Below, one piece after another: positions 47,601 through 56,691 of a stretch of DNA of 64,000 bases (the stretch's first letter is position 1; every line of letters starts with the position of its first letter). The DNA is from a virus. Position numbers and translations under genes: made by a program. The notes below the pieces were generated by a model. That model searched no databases. It was not told where the DNA came from and saw only the letters and a program-made list of their open reading frames with translations. The stretch lies in the IMG/VR virus record IMGVR_UViG_3300046737_000169, positions 9,765 to 73,764 of that record, one strand, 5' to 3'.

Positions 47601-47630
47601 TTGCGCAAAGCGGAACAGTTGTGATACGCT
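47601..47630 (+). promoter_or_regulatory. sigma70-type promoter
   Basis: T-tract, TTGCGC -18 bp- TACGCT with extended TG. Confidence 0.5.
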
Positions 47631-47667
47631 GTGGGCGACGTTACTCATACGTCGATCGGGAACATTT

Positions 47668-47880
47668 TAAACGCACGGGTGCCCCCTATCCTGGGGGCGT
47701 TCGTGTTTCTGGGCTCATAAGAGCGGCACGCACACGCCCTCCAAGATCACTCCTTGGGGGCGTTCGTGTTTTGTGATAAGCTCCTGACTGTCTGTATTGC
47801 GGTCTTTCTGTTAGCTGGTATTGGGTAGCGCATACGCCCCGGAGTTCAAGCCATTTCTCCGGGGCGTACGTGTTTTTTGG
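47668..47880 (+). repeat. three tandem hairpins sharing a GGGGCGT(T/A)CGTGTTT 3' arm
   Basis: Copies at about 47693, 47756 and 47861, each preceded by a complementary arm. Confidence 0.7.
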
Positions 47881-47912
47881 GTGTAGAGTAAGGGGCTGAA
47901 GGAGAACTTTCT

Positions 47913-48455
47913 ATGCCTTTAGTCCATGTATCGGGCTGGTTACAGGCTTCCGAGCTTGAAGGCGGCCAGATCGACAATACTCTTCCCTCGCGGCCGGCGC
48001 GGCCGCCTCGTCCGGACAATTCCTTACCGGATAATCCCTACTATCCGGACAATTCGCTGCCTGGGTGGATCGGCAAGCCGATCGGGAAGCCTCCGGGGAG
48101 GCCGGTGTTGCCGGACAACACGTTGCCGCCGCCTTCCTCGCCTCCGCATCCGTGGCTGCCGGGCGGGTGGGTGCCGGTCGATCCTGGTTATGGGAAGCCG
48201 CCGTTGTGGGGATGGATGCCGGGGCCCGATAACGGGTTGCCGGCGCCTCCTGTGGGGCCTGGGCAGCCTCCGAGCGGTGGTGGTGGAGGGGGCTCGTGGG
48301 TGCCGACCGACCCCGATTATGGGAAGCCGGTGCATCCCTGTCCTCCGCAGGCCGGGACGAAGCCGGTGCAGCCCATCTGGATCTGGATTCCGGCGCCGCC
48401 TCCGGACCTCGCCAAGCCGTTGCCTTCTCCCACGCCCGAGCCCAAGCTCCGGTAA
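47913..48455 (+). CDS. Pro/Gly/Trp-rich repeat protein
   Basis: AAGGAG RBS; DNxLP x5; DPxYGKP x2. Confidence 0.7.
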   Translation: MPLVHVSGWLQASELEGGQIDNTLPSRPARPPRPDNSLPDNPYYPDNSLPGWIGKPIGKPPGRPVLPDNTLPPPSSPPHPWLPGGWVPVDPGYGKPPLWGWMPGPDNGLPAPPVGPGQPPSGGGGGGSWVPTDPDYGKPVHPCPPQAGTKPVQPIWIWIPAPPPDLAKPLPSPTPEPKLR

Positions 48456-48593
48456 AAGGGTTTGCGGCCGGTCCAAGCCGGGGGTAAGGGTGTACTCGTA
48501 GACGCCGGCTTCTTTTCACTGGAGCGCCGCCGGCCGCAATTCATTCATGGTAGGCTCTACTCCAGATAACGTTCTGTTGGTACTCAAGAGATG

Positions 48594-48636
48594 AAACGCG
48601 CCCGCGGGTGAAATCCCACCATCCGCGGGCGTTTTT
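48594..48636 (+). terminator. probable terminator hairpin
   Basis: CGCCCGCGG..CCGCGGGCG followed by TTTTT. Confidence 0.6.
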
Positions 48637-48665
48637 CGCGTGGAAGGCGGGATAATCCAGCCTAT

Positions 48666-48872
48666 ATGAAGGAAACCTTACAAAAAGTCCTCGAAGCTGT
48701 TCAGCCTCTTGGCTATAACGTCGAAGCCGACGAGGCCGAAGGCACGCTTCTGGTGAAAATGCGCTGCGAAAAGGGATCGACCGGCCCGGTGCTCCAAGCG
48801 GCCCTGGCGACGGGCGCCATCATCCGGAAAACGCGCGTCTCGCCCGCCGGCTACCAGCTATTCATCGACTAG
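48666..48872 (+). CDS. small hypothetical protein
   Basis: GATAAT just upstream (possibly leaderless); codon bias. Confidence 0.55.
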   Translation: MKETLQKVLEAVQPLGYNVEADEAEGTLLVKMRCEKGSTGPVLQAALATGAIIRKTRVSPAGYQLFID

Positions 48873-49311
48873 CTCTCTCTTCTTCCAGGCGCTCTCTGGC
48901 ATCGCGCGCGGTGGCATTCAGGCGTACCAACTCCGGGTCCACGCCGCGGGTGAACAGCTTCTCGCCCTCCTGCGCCGCCGAGTAAGAGAATTCCCGATCC
49001 CTGATGAGATCGAAGCGGGCGCGGCGCTGCATGAAGATCGTGCCGGCGGCGCCGCCGCCGATCGCCTCGATCGCCGCATCGCAGGCCGACTCGAATGCCT
49101 CGACCGCCAAGGTAATCTGTCCGTTCATGGGTTCTCTCTTTTCCAGTTCCTCTAACTTGATGGCGGCGCGCTGGCCGCAGTCGCGGCAGATGCCGAGTGC
49201 GCCGATGGACTTGTGGTAGCAGGTCTTCCACTCGCCGGGCTGGGGTTCGTCATTCATTTCACGGTCCTCCCTGCGCCATTCCTCGAGACGTTTGGCGAGC
49301 GGGTAGCTCAT
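48862..49311 (-). CDS. hypothetical protein
   Basis: ATGA coupling; CRDCG. Confidence 0.55.
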   Translation of the reverse strand: MSYPLAKRLEEWRREDREMNDEPQPGEWKTCYHKSIGALGICRDCGQRAAIKLEELEKREPMNGQITLAVEAFESACDAAIEAIGGGAAGTIFMQRRARFDLIRDREFSYSAAQEGEKLFTRGVDPELVRLNATARDARERLEEERASR

Positions 49312-49520
49312 AGCACCTTGTCTTCCTCGCAGAAGGTGGGATCAGGGGAGGGGGCGCGGTGCATGGCCGCGGGCGCATAGCTGATCTCGCGCACGATCCG
49401 CGCCAGGTCGCGCGACTCTACGACCGACAGTTTGATGCCGGCCGGCGCGTCGAAGACCAGCTTCCACTCATCGTTCTGTTCGAGGACCGTCGTCACTTTG
49501 ATGCCGTGAATATCCATCAC
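49308..49520 (-). CDS. hypothetical protein
   Basis: AGGAGG RBS; overlap coupling. Confidence 0.6.
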   Translation of the reverse strand: MMDIHGIKVTTVLEQNDEWKLVFDAPAGIKLSVVESRDLARIVREISYAPAAMHRAPSPDPTFCEEDKVL

Positions 49521-49771
49521 GCCTCCTTGGGAAGTAGTTCCGGCGCCGGGTCTTTCCCTTTTCGCTCGGCGAGCATCCGGCGCCGCGCGGTCAACCTCGA
49601 TAGTATGCCGCCGGCGTTACGGAAGGCGTATACCCGGTAGGGGGCCAGGTGCGAGGCCAGGCCCGCGGCGTGGCACCACGGGCACATAAATTCACCGGTC
49701 GCCGGGATGAGCGTCACTTCGCGTAAGCGGCACAGCGGGCATTCGAGGTCAGTCAAGTGATCGGTAGACAT
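49517..49771 (-). CDS. small Zn-ribbon protein
   Basis: CPLC..FMCPWC. Confidence 0.6.
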   Translation of the reverse strand: MSTDHLTDLECPLCRLREVTLIPATGEFMCPWCHAAGLASHLAPYRVYAFRNAGGILSRLTARRRMLAERKGKDPAPELLPKEA

Positions 49772-49928
49772 CGTGCTCAGAGGGCGGCGGCATCACGTCC
49801 CATTTCTCCGTGCCGGGATTCCACAGCATGGGCGCCTTACAGGTGATGCAGCAGTTGGGCAGGTTCAGCGAGGCAAAGGCGGGCGCGTGTCCGAACACCT
49901 TGCAGGCGAGGTTCTTGAGCCACTTCAT
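49749..49928 (-). CDS. small hypothetical protein (DUF1660-like C..FGH)
   Basis: LACKVFGH..CITC. Confidence 0.5.
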   Translation of the reverse strand: MKWLKNLACKVFGHAPAFASLNLPNCCITCKAPMLWNPGTEKWDVMPPPSEHDVYRSLD

Positions 49929-50176
49929 TTCTTTTTTATCCACTGCCGCCACTGCATCAGACCGAGATGCTCCATCGTCTTCGACATCGTGCCGTGGCTC
50001 GCATTCATGAACTCTTCTTCTGGGATTTCTTTCGCTTCGTCGATCGAGATGCGCGTGATCTCGAGGCCCCGGTAGGTTCGCGCCGCTTCCGGAAGATTTG
50101 GCTTCCTGACGCCGAGCGGGTCGACCTTCTGGGGCGTGGGATCGGAATGGCGGCAACCGGGGCAATGTTCGCTCAT
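49925..50176 (-). CDS. small hypothetical protein
   Basis: Overlap coupling; CPGC. Confidence 0.5.
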   Translation of the reverse strand: MSEHCPGCRHSDPTPQKVDPLGVRKPNLPEAARTYRGLEITRISIDEAKEIPEEEFMNASHGTMSKTMEHLGLMQWRQWIKKK

Positions 50177-50275
50177 TGGAGTGGGAGCCGGAGACGGGTC
50201 TGATGAAAGCGGCTAGTTAGTCAAGGTCCATCCGCTTCACCGCCCCCGGCCCGGCTTCGATCGTACCATTTTTCT

Positions 50276-50305
50276 TTGCGCAACGAAATCCTTTTGTTGT
50301 AGAGT
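50276..50305 (+). promoter_or_regulatory. sigma70-type promoter
   Basis: TTGCGC -18 bp- TAGAGT with extended TG. Confidence 0.55.
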
Positions 50306-50397
50306 GAAGAGGTCGCTTCACCTCGACATTGAGGGGCTGAGCGTGTCGCCAACGCGCTCGCCCCTCATCCCGCGCCGGGAATGGTGAAGGGCGAGAG

Positions 50398-50742
50398 GTG
50401 AAGATGGCGAAACTCAAAGACCGCGAGATGGTGACGCTCACACTCGACCTGTCCCAGGCGGCCGTGCTCACCGGCATCATCGTGAGCGCGCTCTCGCAGA
50501 TTGAAACGCTGCTCGCTCCCCTGATGTCGAGTTGCAAAACCATGTGCGAGGCCCAGCACCACCTGTTCAAGATGGCCGATGCCGTCGAGCAGGCCAGCGA
50601 AATCGCGCAGATGCTGCCCGAGTCCGGTCCCACCCGGATGCTCGAAGAGATCGAGGAGCGCCTGCTCAAGCGCCTCGCCAGCCTCATCCGCCTGACCGAG
50701 CACGATCACGCCTCGATCGACGATCTGACGGTGGTGCATTGA
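50398..50742 (+). CDS. hypothetical helical protein
   Basis: GAGGTGAAG RBS. Confidence 0.65.
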   Translation: MKMAKLKDREMVTLTLDLSQAAVLTGIIVSALSQIETLLAPLMSSCKTMCEAQHHLFKMADAVEQASEIAQMLPESGPTRMLEEIEERLLKRLASLIRLTEHDHASIDDLTVVH

Positions 50743-50966
50743 TGGGACGCTGCCGGATCTGCGGGACCGACCTTGAAAAGGATCTGTTCTCCTACGTGGC
50801 GCAAAAGCCGGTGTGTTGTATCTGCACGGCGGCGTACGTGGGCGGGGACTTCTCGGAGGCGAAGATCGAGGCGGTGCGGAAGTTTCTGCAACTGGCTCCG
50901 GGGGAGTATTTGCCGGCCGAGGCGCTGGCGATGGTGGCCGGGCGGGTGCTCAGGGGGATGCGGTGA
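50742..50966 (+). CDS. small Zn-binding protein
   Basis: CRICG..CCIC; TGATG coupling. Confidence 0.55.
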   Translation: MGRCRICGTDLEKDLFSYVAQKPVCCICTAAYVGGDFSEAKIEAVRKFLQLAPGEYLPAEALAMVAGRVLRGMR

Positions 50967-51421
50967 GTCCCTCGGATCTGGCGTTCCTCAAGGCGCTCGG
51001 CATCTCGGAGGGGGAGGTGCAGCCGGCCGCCAGGCAGTGGAACGACGAGGCGCCGGTGTATGAAACCTGTCCCGAGTGCGGAGGCAAGCGCCACCGCTAC
51101 CTCGATACGGGGCAAGTGTTCTGCCTCTCCTGCACCAACCGCAAACAGAGGGAGGAGCGCTACCAGCGGGCGCTCGAGAAGGCGCAGGCGGCGCAGCACG
51201 CCATCTATGCCCAGCGCCAGGCTGAAGAAAAACAAAGGCTGCTCGACCAGGGCCTGGCCTGGATCATCGCCGAGGCGCGGCGCGCCCGCGAGGAGCGCGA
51301 AGGCCACGTCCGGTTCCATGAGGAGCGCGACCCCGTCACCGAGAATAAGTGCCGCGGCTGCGACGCCCCCTGCGGAGCGCACCGCTGGTGCCCGTCCTGC
51401 GCCAGGGACAAGTTTCTGTGA
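50963..51421 (+). CDS. Zn-ribbon protein
   Basis: CPEC, CLSC, CRGC, CPSC. Confidence 0.6.
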   Translation: MSPSDLAFLKALGISEGEVQPAARQWNDEAPVYETCPECGGKRHRYLDTGQVFCLSCTNRKQREERYQRALEKAQAAQHAIYAQRQAEEKQRLLDQGLAWIIAEARRAREEREGHVRFHEERDPVTENKCRGCDAPCGAHRWCPSCARDKFL

Positions 51422-51744
51422 GCGTCCGCGACGATGTCGAAGCGGTCCGGCAGGGGCTGATGCTCCTGGAACTGGCGCCGGTCACCAGCCGGGTGATCAA
51501 CGGGCTGATCAAGATCGTGGAAGCCAAGAAACAGGAACTCGACCATCAGGTGGCGCTGAACACCGAGCTTCAGAAGGCGATCGGTAAGGAGCGTGACTAT
51601 CGTGCCGACCTGGAGAAAGCTCTCAATGCCGCGCTCGCCGAATGGCAGAACTACTTCAGCGCCGAGGGCGAGTTTACGGGCGATACCGAACCGGCACTCA
51701 ACTTCTACCTGGAAATCGAGAAGATCGCGGGGAAGCACCTGTGA
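51418..51744 (+). CDS. hypothetical coiled-coil protein
   Basis: GTGA coupling. Confidence 0.6.
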   Translation: MSVRDDVEAVRQGLMLLELAPVTSRVINGLIKIVEAKKQELDHQVALNTELQKAIGKERDYRADLEKALNAALAEWQNYFSAEGEFTGDTEPALNFYLEIEKIAGKHL

Positions 51745-51908
51745 TCTTCGGCAAGCAGACCCGGTACTGCCCCAATTGCGGTACACAACTCCACGACACA
51801 AAGGTCAGTATGGATCACGTCCAGTCCATGATGTGCTCCAAGGAGTGCCGGGACCAGTGGTCGATGAAGTACGCCCGTTCGATCCTGGGAAAGGATGATC
51901 TTGAATAA
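51741..51908 (+). CDS. small TRASH-like Zn-finger protein
   Basis: CPNCG..CSKEC. Confidence 0.55.
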   Translation: MIFGKQTRYCPNCGTQLHDTKVSMDHVQSMMCSKECRDQWSMKYARSILGKDDLE

Positions 51909-52233
51909 CACCGGGGCCGACATGCTGTTACTGGAATGGCGCGAGCGCTGCGCCGAGAAGGACCGCGAGATCGAGCGGCTCCGCGAGGAGAATCGAGCGC
52001 TGGAACTTCAGATGCTTCAGGCATTCCGCTCGGTGCTCTTCGGCGGCGAGTTGCCGGTGGTCTCCGCTCACGTCACCACCGAGCTCGTCTTGATCGCCAG
52101 GGAAGTCAAAGCCAAGACGCGCGAGGCGGTCATCTCCGGCACGGTCCACTGGATCAGGGAAAACCTGGTCCCATTCGTTCATGATGAGATCATCAACCTT
52201 CAATCGGCCACCTCGTCGCCGCGTAAATCGTAG
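51895..52233 (+). CDS. hypothetical protein
   Basis: KDREIERLREEN coil; overlap coupling. Confidence 0.55.
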   Translation: MILNNTGADMLLLEWRERCAEKDREIERLREENRALELQMLQAFRSVLFGGELPVVSAHVTTELVLIAREVKAKTREAVISGTVHWIRENLVPFVHDEIINLQSATSSPRKS

Positions 52234-52481
52234 ACGAACAGCGGCGTCAACTCGCCCACATAGGCGCCGAGCGTGTTGAAGTCCAAAAACTCCTCGGCCT
52301 CCTCTTCGTCCATGCCGTCGCGTTTGACGAGGATCTCCACGCACTTTCTGTAGTCGTAGCAGGCGACCGCCTGCCGGCAGGCGCCGGACACGGTGCCGAT
52401 CAGCGCCTCGTCAAAGCCGTCCGCCATCAGCAACTCTTCGTTATTCTCGGCCAGGTACTCACGGATTTCTGCGCCAGTCAT
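52200..52481 (-). CDS. conserved acidic phage hypothetical protein
   Basis: ADGFDEALIG..YD..K..L..DGM..EEA.EF..FN..GAYVG..TP. Confidence 0.75.
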   Translation of the reverse strand: MTGAEIREYLAENNEELLMADGFDEALIGTVSGACRQAVACYDYRKCVEILVKRDGMDEEEAEEFLDFNTLGAYVGELTPLFVYDLRGDEVAD

Positions 52482-52534
52482 GCTCAAGAGCATAACCCGA
52501 GGTGTTACACTTCCCCTCGAAGGAGCCACACGCT

Positions 52535-53266
52535 TTGAGCCCTGCTTACGATCCCAATCCCCGCTTTGCGAGCGATCCCAACGTTGCCTACGATCCCAAT
52601 CTCAATCTCGATCCCAACGCCGATCCCAATCTCCCCTACGATCCGCGAGCCGGCGTGGAGCCGCGCGTGGAGCCGCTCGTCGTCGCGCCCCCCACCGCCG
52701 ACCAGTTGATCGTGTTCCTGGTGGCCATCCGGCGCATTGCGCCGTTGAGCGCGCGGCGCGTCATCGAAATCATCGACGAGTTTTTCCTCCACTACTTCCC
52801 CGATGGTGTGCCCGAGCCGGCGCCGCCCGAGCCTCCCGCGCCCGTGGACGCAACGATCCCGGTCACCTCGCCGGAGATCCTCGCACTGGCGACGGCGCCG
52901 AAAGAACTCGTAGCCGCTCCCGCCGCCGGATCGCTCACCTTGAATAGCGCCGATATTTCTTACACGTTCGGGACGCTCGCCTACGTCGACGCCGGCGCCA
53001 GCGCCATGATCAAGATCATGTGCGGCGCCGTGGCGCTCACTTATGACTCGCCGGTCACGTTCATTACGGGCGGCGCTTCTTCCTCGGCGACGTTATCCCT
53101 GAGCGGCGCCGTGCCGTCCCCGAATCAGCCGCTGACGCTGGCCATCTCAGGCGGTGCGCTCACCGGCGGTGATGGCACGCTCTCGGTCATCCTTAATTAC
53201 ACCGAGGAGGCCGGCGCGGCCCTCGATGCGAGATCGATTCCCCCGTATAAGTTTGGAGTTGCCTAA
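52535..53266 (+). CDS. putative virion protein with YDPN repeats and a C-terminal beta domain
   Basis: AAGGAG RBS then TTG; DPN repeats; EILAL..P.ELVAAP.AG. Confidence 0.65.
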   Translation: MSPAYDPNPRFASDPNVAYDPNLNLDPNADPNLPYDPRAGVEPRVEPLVVAPPTADQLIVFLVAIRRIAPLSARRVIEIIDEFFLHYFPDGVPEPAPPEPPAPVDATIPVTSPEILALATAPKELVAAPAAGSLTLNSADISYTFGTLAYVDAGASAMIKIMCGAVALTYDSPVTFITGGASSSATLSLSGAVPSPNQPLTLAISGGALTGGDGTLSVILNYTEEAGAALDARSIPPYKFGVA

Positions 53267-53466
53267 TGCCTGAAGAAGTTGTTGTCGAAGAACGCGAAGT
53301 CCTGCCGCCGCCCACGATCGAGGAGCTTCACGCCTTTCTCCTCCATGTGCGCGAGGCCGCCTATATCGGCGCGCGCGAGACCGCCCTGCTGATCGATGCC
53401 TGGCTCATCAAGTATCCGCTCCCCGAGCCGCCGCCCGAGGACGAGCCCCAGGCCGAGGCGGCGTAA
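53266..53466 (+). CDS. small paralog of the helical domain of the upstream gene
   Basis: PPT..L..FL..R....AR....ID....Y shared. Confidence 0.65.
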   Translation: MPEEVVVEEREVLPPPTIEELHAFLLHVREAAYIGARETALLIDAWLIKYPLPEPPPEDEPQAEAA

Positions 53467-53568
53467 CGATTCCGGCTGGTAAGGTTCCTTCCAGCCGGGC
53501 CAACATCAAGGGCGCGGACAGTGTCCGGACGACTTGTCCGCGCTCGTTGGCTTTATACTCCTTCCTAA

Positions 53569-55542
53569 GTGGCCCGCCCCAATAAACCCGCGCTCCCTGA
53601 AAGCCAACTCCGTCTGACGCCGCACGAGCAGGCGCTCCAGGTAGGCTCCTACAACCGCACCAAATTCATTTACAACGGTCAACTGGTGTGGGAGGCCAAC
53701 CCCGGAATGCAGGAGAATATTTTCTTCTGGTCAAATCCCGAGGGCGTCACCTTCGTCGACCCCGTCACGCACTCGCCTCTCCCTCCCAATAAGAAATTCA
53801 TCTGCGATGAGATATTGGCGGGCGGCCCCCGCGGCGGCGGCAAGACCTCGGCCGGCATCGCCTGGGCCGCGGCCTACGTGCATAACCCCAAGTACGTGGG
53901 CACGCTCCTGCGCCTCTCGAACGAGGCGATGAAGGAGACGATTGAAAAAGCCTGGGCCATCTACCGCCTGATGGGCGCGGTGAAGAAGGGCAATCCCACT
54001 TCATTCCTCTTTCCCACCGGTGCGATGGTGTACACGGGTTATTTAAAAGACGAACAGTCGTTTGAGCAATACAGGGGGCACGAGTATCATAGGATCGTCA
54101 TCGAGGAAGCCGAGCAGATTAAAAGCGAAGCTCTCTATGCCGCAATCCTGTCGTCGAATCGCACCACGGTGCCGGGATTGCGCCCGCAGATCCTGTTGAC
54201 GGCCAATCCCGATGGACCCGGCGCCTCGTGGCTCAAAACGCGCTTCGTCAAAGTGCGCCGCAACGCCGATGGCGAGCTATTCCCCTATGGCACGCCGATG
54301 TTCGACCCGCACTCGAAGCGCTGCAAGATCTACCTGCACGGGCCCTTGAAAGATAACCCGCAGTTACTCGAGCAAGACCCGCATTACGCCGATCGCCTCG
54401 CCGATCCCTCGCACCCGGAGTCGCGCCGCAAGGCGTGGATCGACGGCGACTGGGACATCAGCGCGGGCATGTTCTTCCCGTCGTTCCGGCCGCGCGCGAT
54501 CTCCTCAGAGCTTCAGGATTTTCCCGAGGCGTATCACGTCATCCCCGCCTACTCGATCCCCGGCTGGTGCCACCGCTGGATGAGTTTCGACTGGGGCCAC
54601 AAGCACCATTCCGCGATTTATTGGTACGCGCTCGGCCAGGACAAGCGCATTCACGTCGAGGATGAACTGGTAGTCGCCGGTTACGGCGCCGATGAACTGG
54701 GGGCCGAGATCGCGCGGCGCTCGCTTCCCAAACTCGAGAAGATGAAGGAGCCCCGACTCCGGTGCTATCTTTCGCCGGACGCCTTCCAGGTGCGCGACAA
54801 GGATCACATGATCAGTGATCAGATCGCCTACGGCGTCCAGCGCATACTCGGCCCAGGTAGCTCGGTCATCATGGAGTTCACACCGCAGGAGCTTGCCGTC
54901 TCCAAACACGATCCCCAAGGTGCCATGAAGATGCGCGAGGAGCGCCTGGCCGGGAGCGACATCGAGGCGTCGTCGATCTGGTTCACCCGTGCCAATAACT
55001 CGCGCGAGGCGGGCTGGGAGTTCATCCGCGGGCTCTTCCGCTACCAGCCGCTCCGCAAGAAAGCCGAGCCCGACGAGAAGTACGGCGACCTCATCCTCGC
55101 CACCAAGGGGATCGTGGCCTACCAGAAGTACATGGGTCTCTTCGCTCAGCAGCACGATGAAGTCCTCCCCCGCCTGCGCATCCACGACTCGTGCCCGATC
55201 CTCATTGAAACCATCCCCAAACTCATTTCCGACTACCCCCTCAACCCCGAGGACGTGAAGAAGTTCGATAGTACCGAAACCACGATCGGCGACGATCCCG
55301 CCGACAGTTTGCGCTATGGTTGCATGGGCTTCAAGGACCACGAGAGCAAGGTGCCGCGCGAGATCTTCATCGAGGAGGAAATCGGCCGGATTGCGGCCCT
55401 CAATCCCCAGGATTCCGACTACAACATGAAGATCCTGATCGCCCGCCAGGCACAGTCAAGATACGATAAACAAAACAATGCGGCCGAATCGTGCATTCTA
55501 CTTCGTGACGCTATGCTAGCGAGAAAAGGAATTGAATCATGA
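53569..55542 (+). CDS. terL: terminase large subunit
   Basis: Walker A GGPRGGGKT; Walker B IVIEEAEQ; TANPDGPG..W; nuclease SFDWG; D..DSLRYG. Confidence 0.93.
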   Translation: MARPNKPALPESQLRLTPHEQALQVGSYNRTKFIYNGQLVWEANPGMQENIFFWSNPEGVTFVDPVTHSPLPPNKKFICDEILAGGPRGGGKTSAGIAWAAAYVHNPKYVGTLLRLSNEAMKETIEKAWAIYRLMGAVKKGNPTSFLFPTGAMVYTGYLKDEQSFEQYRGHEYHRIVIEEAEQIKSEALYAAILSSNRTTVPGLRPQILLTANPDGPGASWLKTRFVKVRRNADGELFPYGTPMFDPHSKRCKIYLHGPLKDNPQLLEQDPHYADRLADPSHPESRRKAWIDGDWDISAGMFFPSFRPRAISSELQDFPEAYHVIPAYSIPGWCHRWMSFDWGHKHHSAIYWYALGQDKRIHVEDELVVAGYGADELGAEIARRSLPKLEKMKEPRLRCYLSPDAFQVRDKDHMISDQIAYGVQRILGPGSSVIMEFTPQELAVSKHDPQGAMKMREERLAGSDIEASSIWFTRANNSREAGWEFIRGLFRYQPLRKKAEPDEKYGDLILATKGIVAYQKYMGLFAQQHDEVLPRLRIHDSCPILIETIPKLISDYPLNPEDVKKFDSTETTIGDDPADSLRYGCMGFKDHESKVPREIFIEEEIGRIAALNPQDSDYNMKILIARQAQSRYDKQNNAAESCILLRDAMLARKGIES

Positions 55543-55910
55543 GCCCATCGATGGAAGATCTGGGCGCGCCGCCGCCTTCGCTCGAAGAAGAAACCGCGGC
55601 GCCTCCCATTCCCAAGTCCAAGGCCGCCGGCCCGGTGCCCAAAGTCGGCGGGACTGAAACCACCCACGAGTCGGTCAATTACACTTCCGCGGCCGAGCGC
55701 TGCGAAACCTGCGAGTACTTCGATGAAGACGCCATGCAGTGCAAGAAGCACAAATTCGACGCCGAGCCCGAGGGCCACTGCGATTCGTTCACGCTCCTGG
55801 GCGATGCGGGCGGCGAGGAGATGCCGGCCGGCGAAGGCGAAGAGGATCTGGGCCTGGAAGACTTAGACTTCGGCGACACCGAGGACGAAGAGGAAGAAGA
55901 AGTGTACTAG
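55539..55910 (+). CDS. acidic protein with HiPIP-like four-Cys motif
   Basis: VNY..RCETCEYF..C..PEGHCDSF. Confidence 0.6.
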   Translation: MSPSMEDLGAPPPSLEEETAAPPIPKSKAAGPVPKVGGTETTHESVNYTSAAERCETCEYFDEDAMQCKKHKFDAEPEGHCDSFTLLGDAGGEEMPAGEGEEDLGLEDLDFGDTEDEEEEEVY

Positions 55911-55912
55911 CC

Positions 55913-56305
55913 ATGCAGCCCGGCCTCTGGACCTCGCTCGTCATGATGATCCCCGGCGTGCGCGCGGCATTTGAACTCGCCGAACAAAAACGCCTGGAAG
56001 CGGCGCATTTCCAGGGACAGGTGCTCGCCATGCAATCGCGCATCGATCAACTCACCAGTGAGCGCGCCTCACTCGACAGCGCCAAGGACGACGCCTACAA
56101 GCTCGTCGTCAACGTGTTTTCGCAGTATGCCTGGGGCATCAAGCAGTTCGAGGGCGTAGGCGGAATGCCGCCGCAGTTCCATCCGCAGGGCGGCGCGACC
56201 GAGCCCGATTCGGTGAATGCGAGCGAACTGGTGGCGCGGCGCTCCGGCAAAGCGATGGAAGATTTCATGCGCGACATGGACGCGATGAAGGCGGGGAGCG
56301 ACTGA
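55913..56305 (+). CDS. hypothetical coiled-coil protein
   Basis: ATG after the upstream stop; codon bias. Confidence 0.65.
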   Translation: MQPGLWTSLVMMIPGVRAAFELAEQKRLEAAHFQGQVLAMQSRIDQLTSERASLDSAKDDAYKLVVNVFSQYAWGIKQFEGVGGMPPQFHPQGGATEPDSVNASELVARRSGKAMEDFMRDMDAMKAGSD

Positions 56306-56691
56306 TGGAAGAGTACGAGGGCCGGCCCATCGCGCGCCGCGGCTCGCCGCTCACGCGCTACAACACACCGCTCTCCTGGGATGAGGAGCTTCGCTTCCAG
56401 AAGCACAAGGAAGTCCACTCGCCGCGCGATTCCGGCGAGGACTACGACGAGCGCGGCGCCTGGCTCGCCGGCCAGAAGTCCGACCAGACCAAGGGCGAGC
56501 ACGGCAACGACCTCTGGAAGAAGCCCAACCATCCGACGCAGTCCGACGAGAGCCTCTACGCGGGCTACGGGCCTGCCGGCAAGTGGCTTAGTAAAGGCGG
56601 CTACGTGCCGCACGGCGGCTTACTCAAAGCCAAGCTCACCGACGAAATCGCCGAAGCCACCAAGTACCCGCTGCCCAAGAAGAAACCATGA
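56305..56691 (+). CDS. conserved phage hypothetical protein
   Basis: YNT.L..EE..DYD.RG.W..H.ND.WKKPNHPT.S.ES.Y. Confidence 0.65.
   Translation: MEEYEGRPIARRGSPLTRYNTPLSWDEELRFQKHKEVHSPRDSGEDYDERGAWLAGQKSDQTKGEHGNDLWKKPNHPTQSDESLYAGYGPAGKWLSKGGYVPHGGLLKAKLTDEIAEATKYPLPKKKP

Noticed and set aside
46242-47776. ORFs in the G/T-skewed tract
   Set aside because: Atypical codon usage, no clear RBS, no motifs; 47070-47624 cannot be fully excluded
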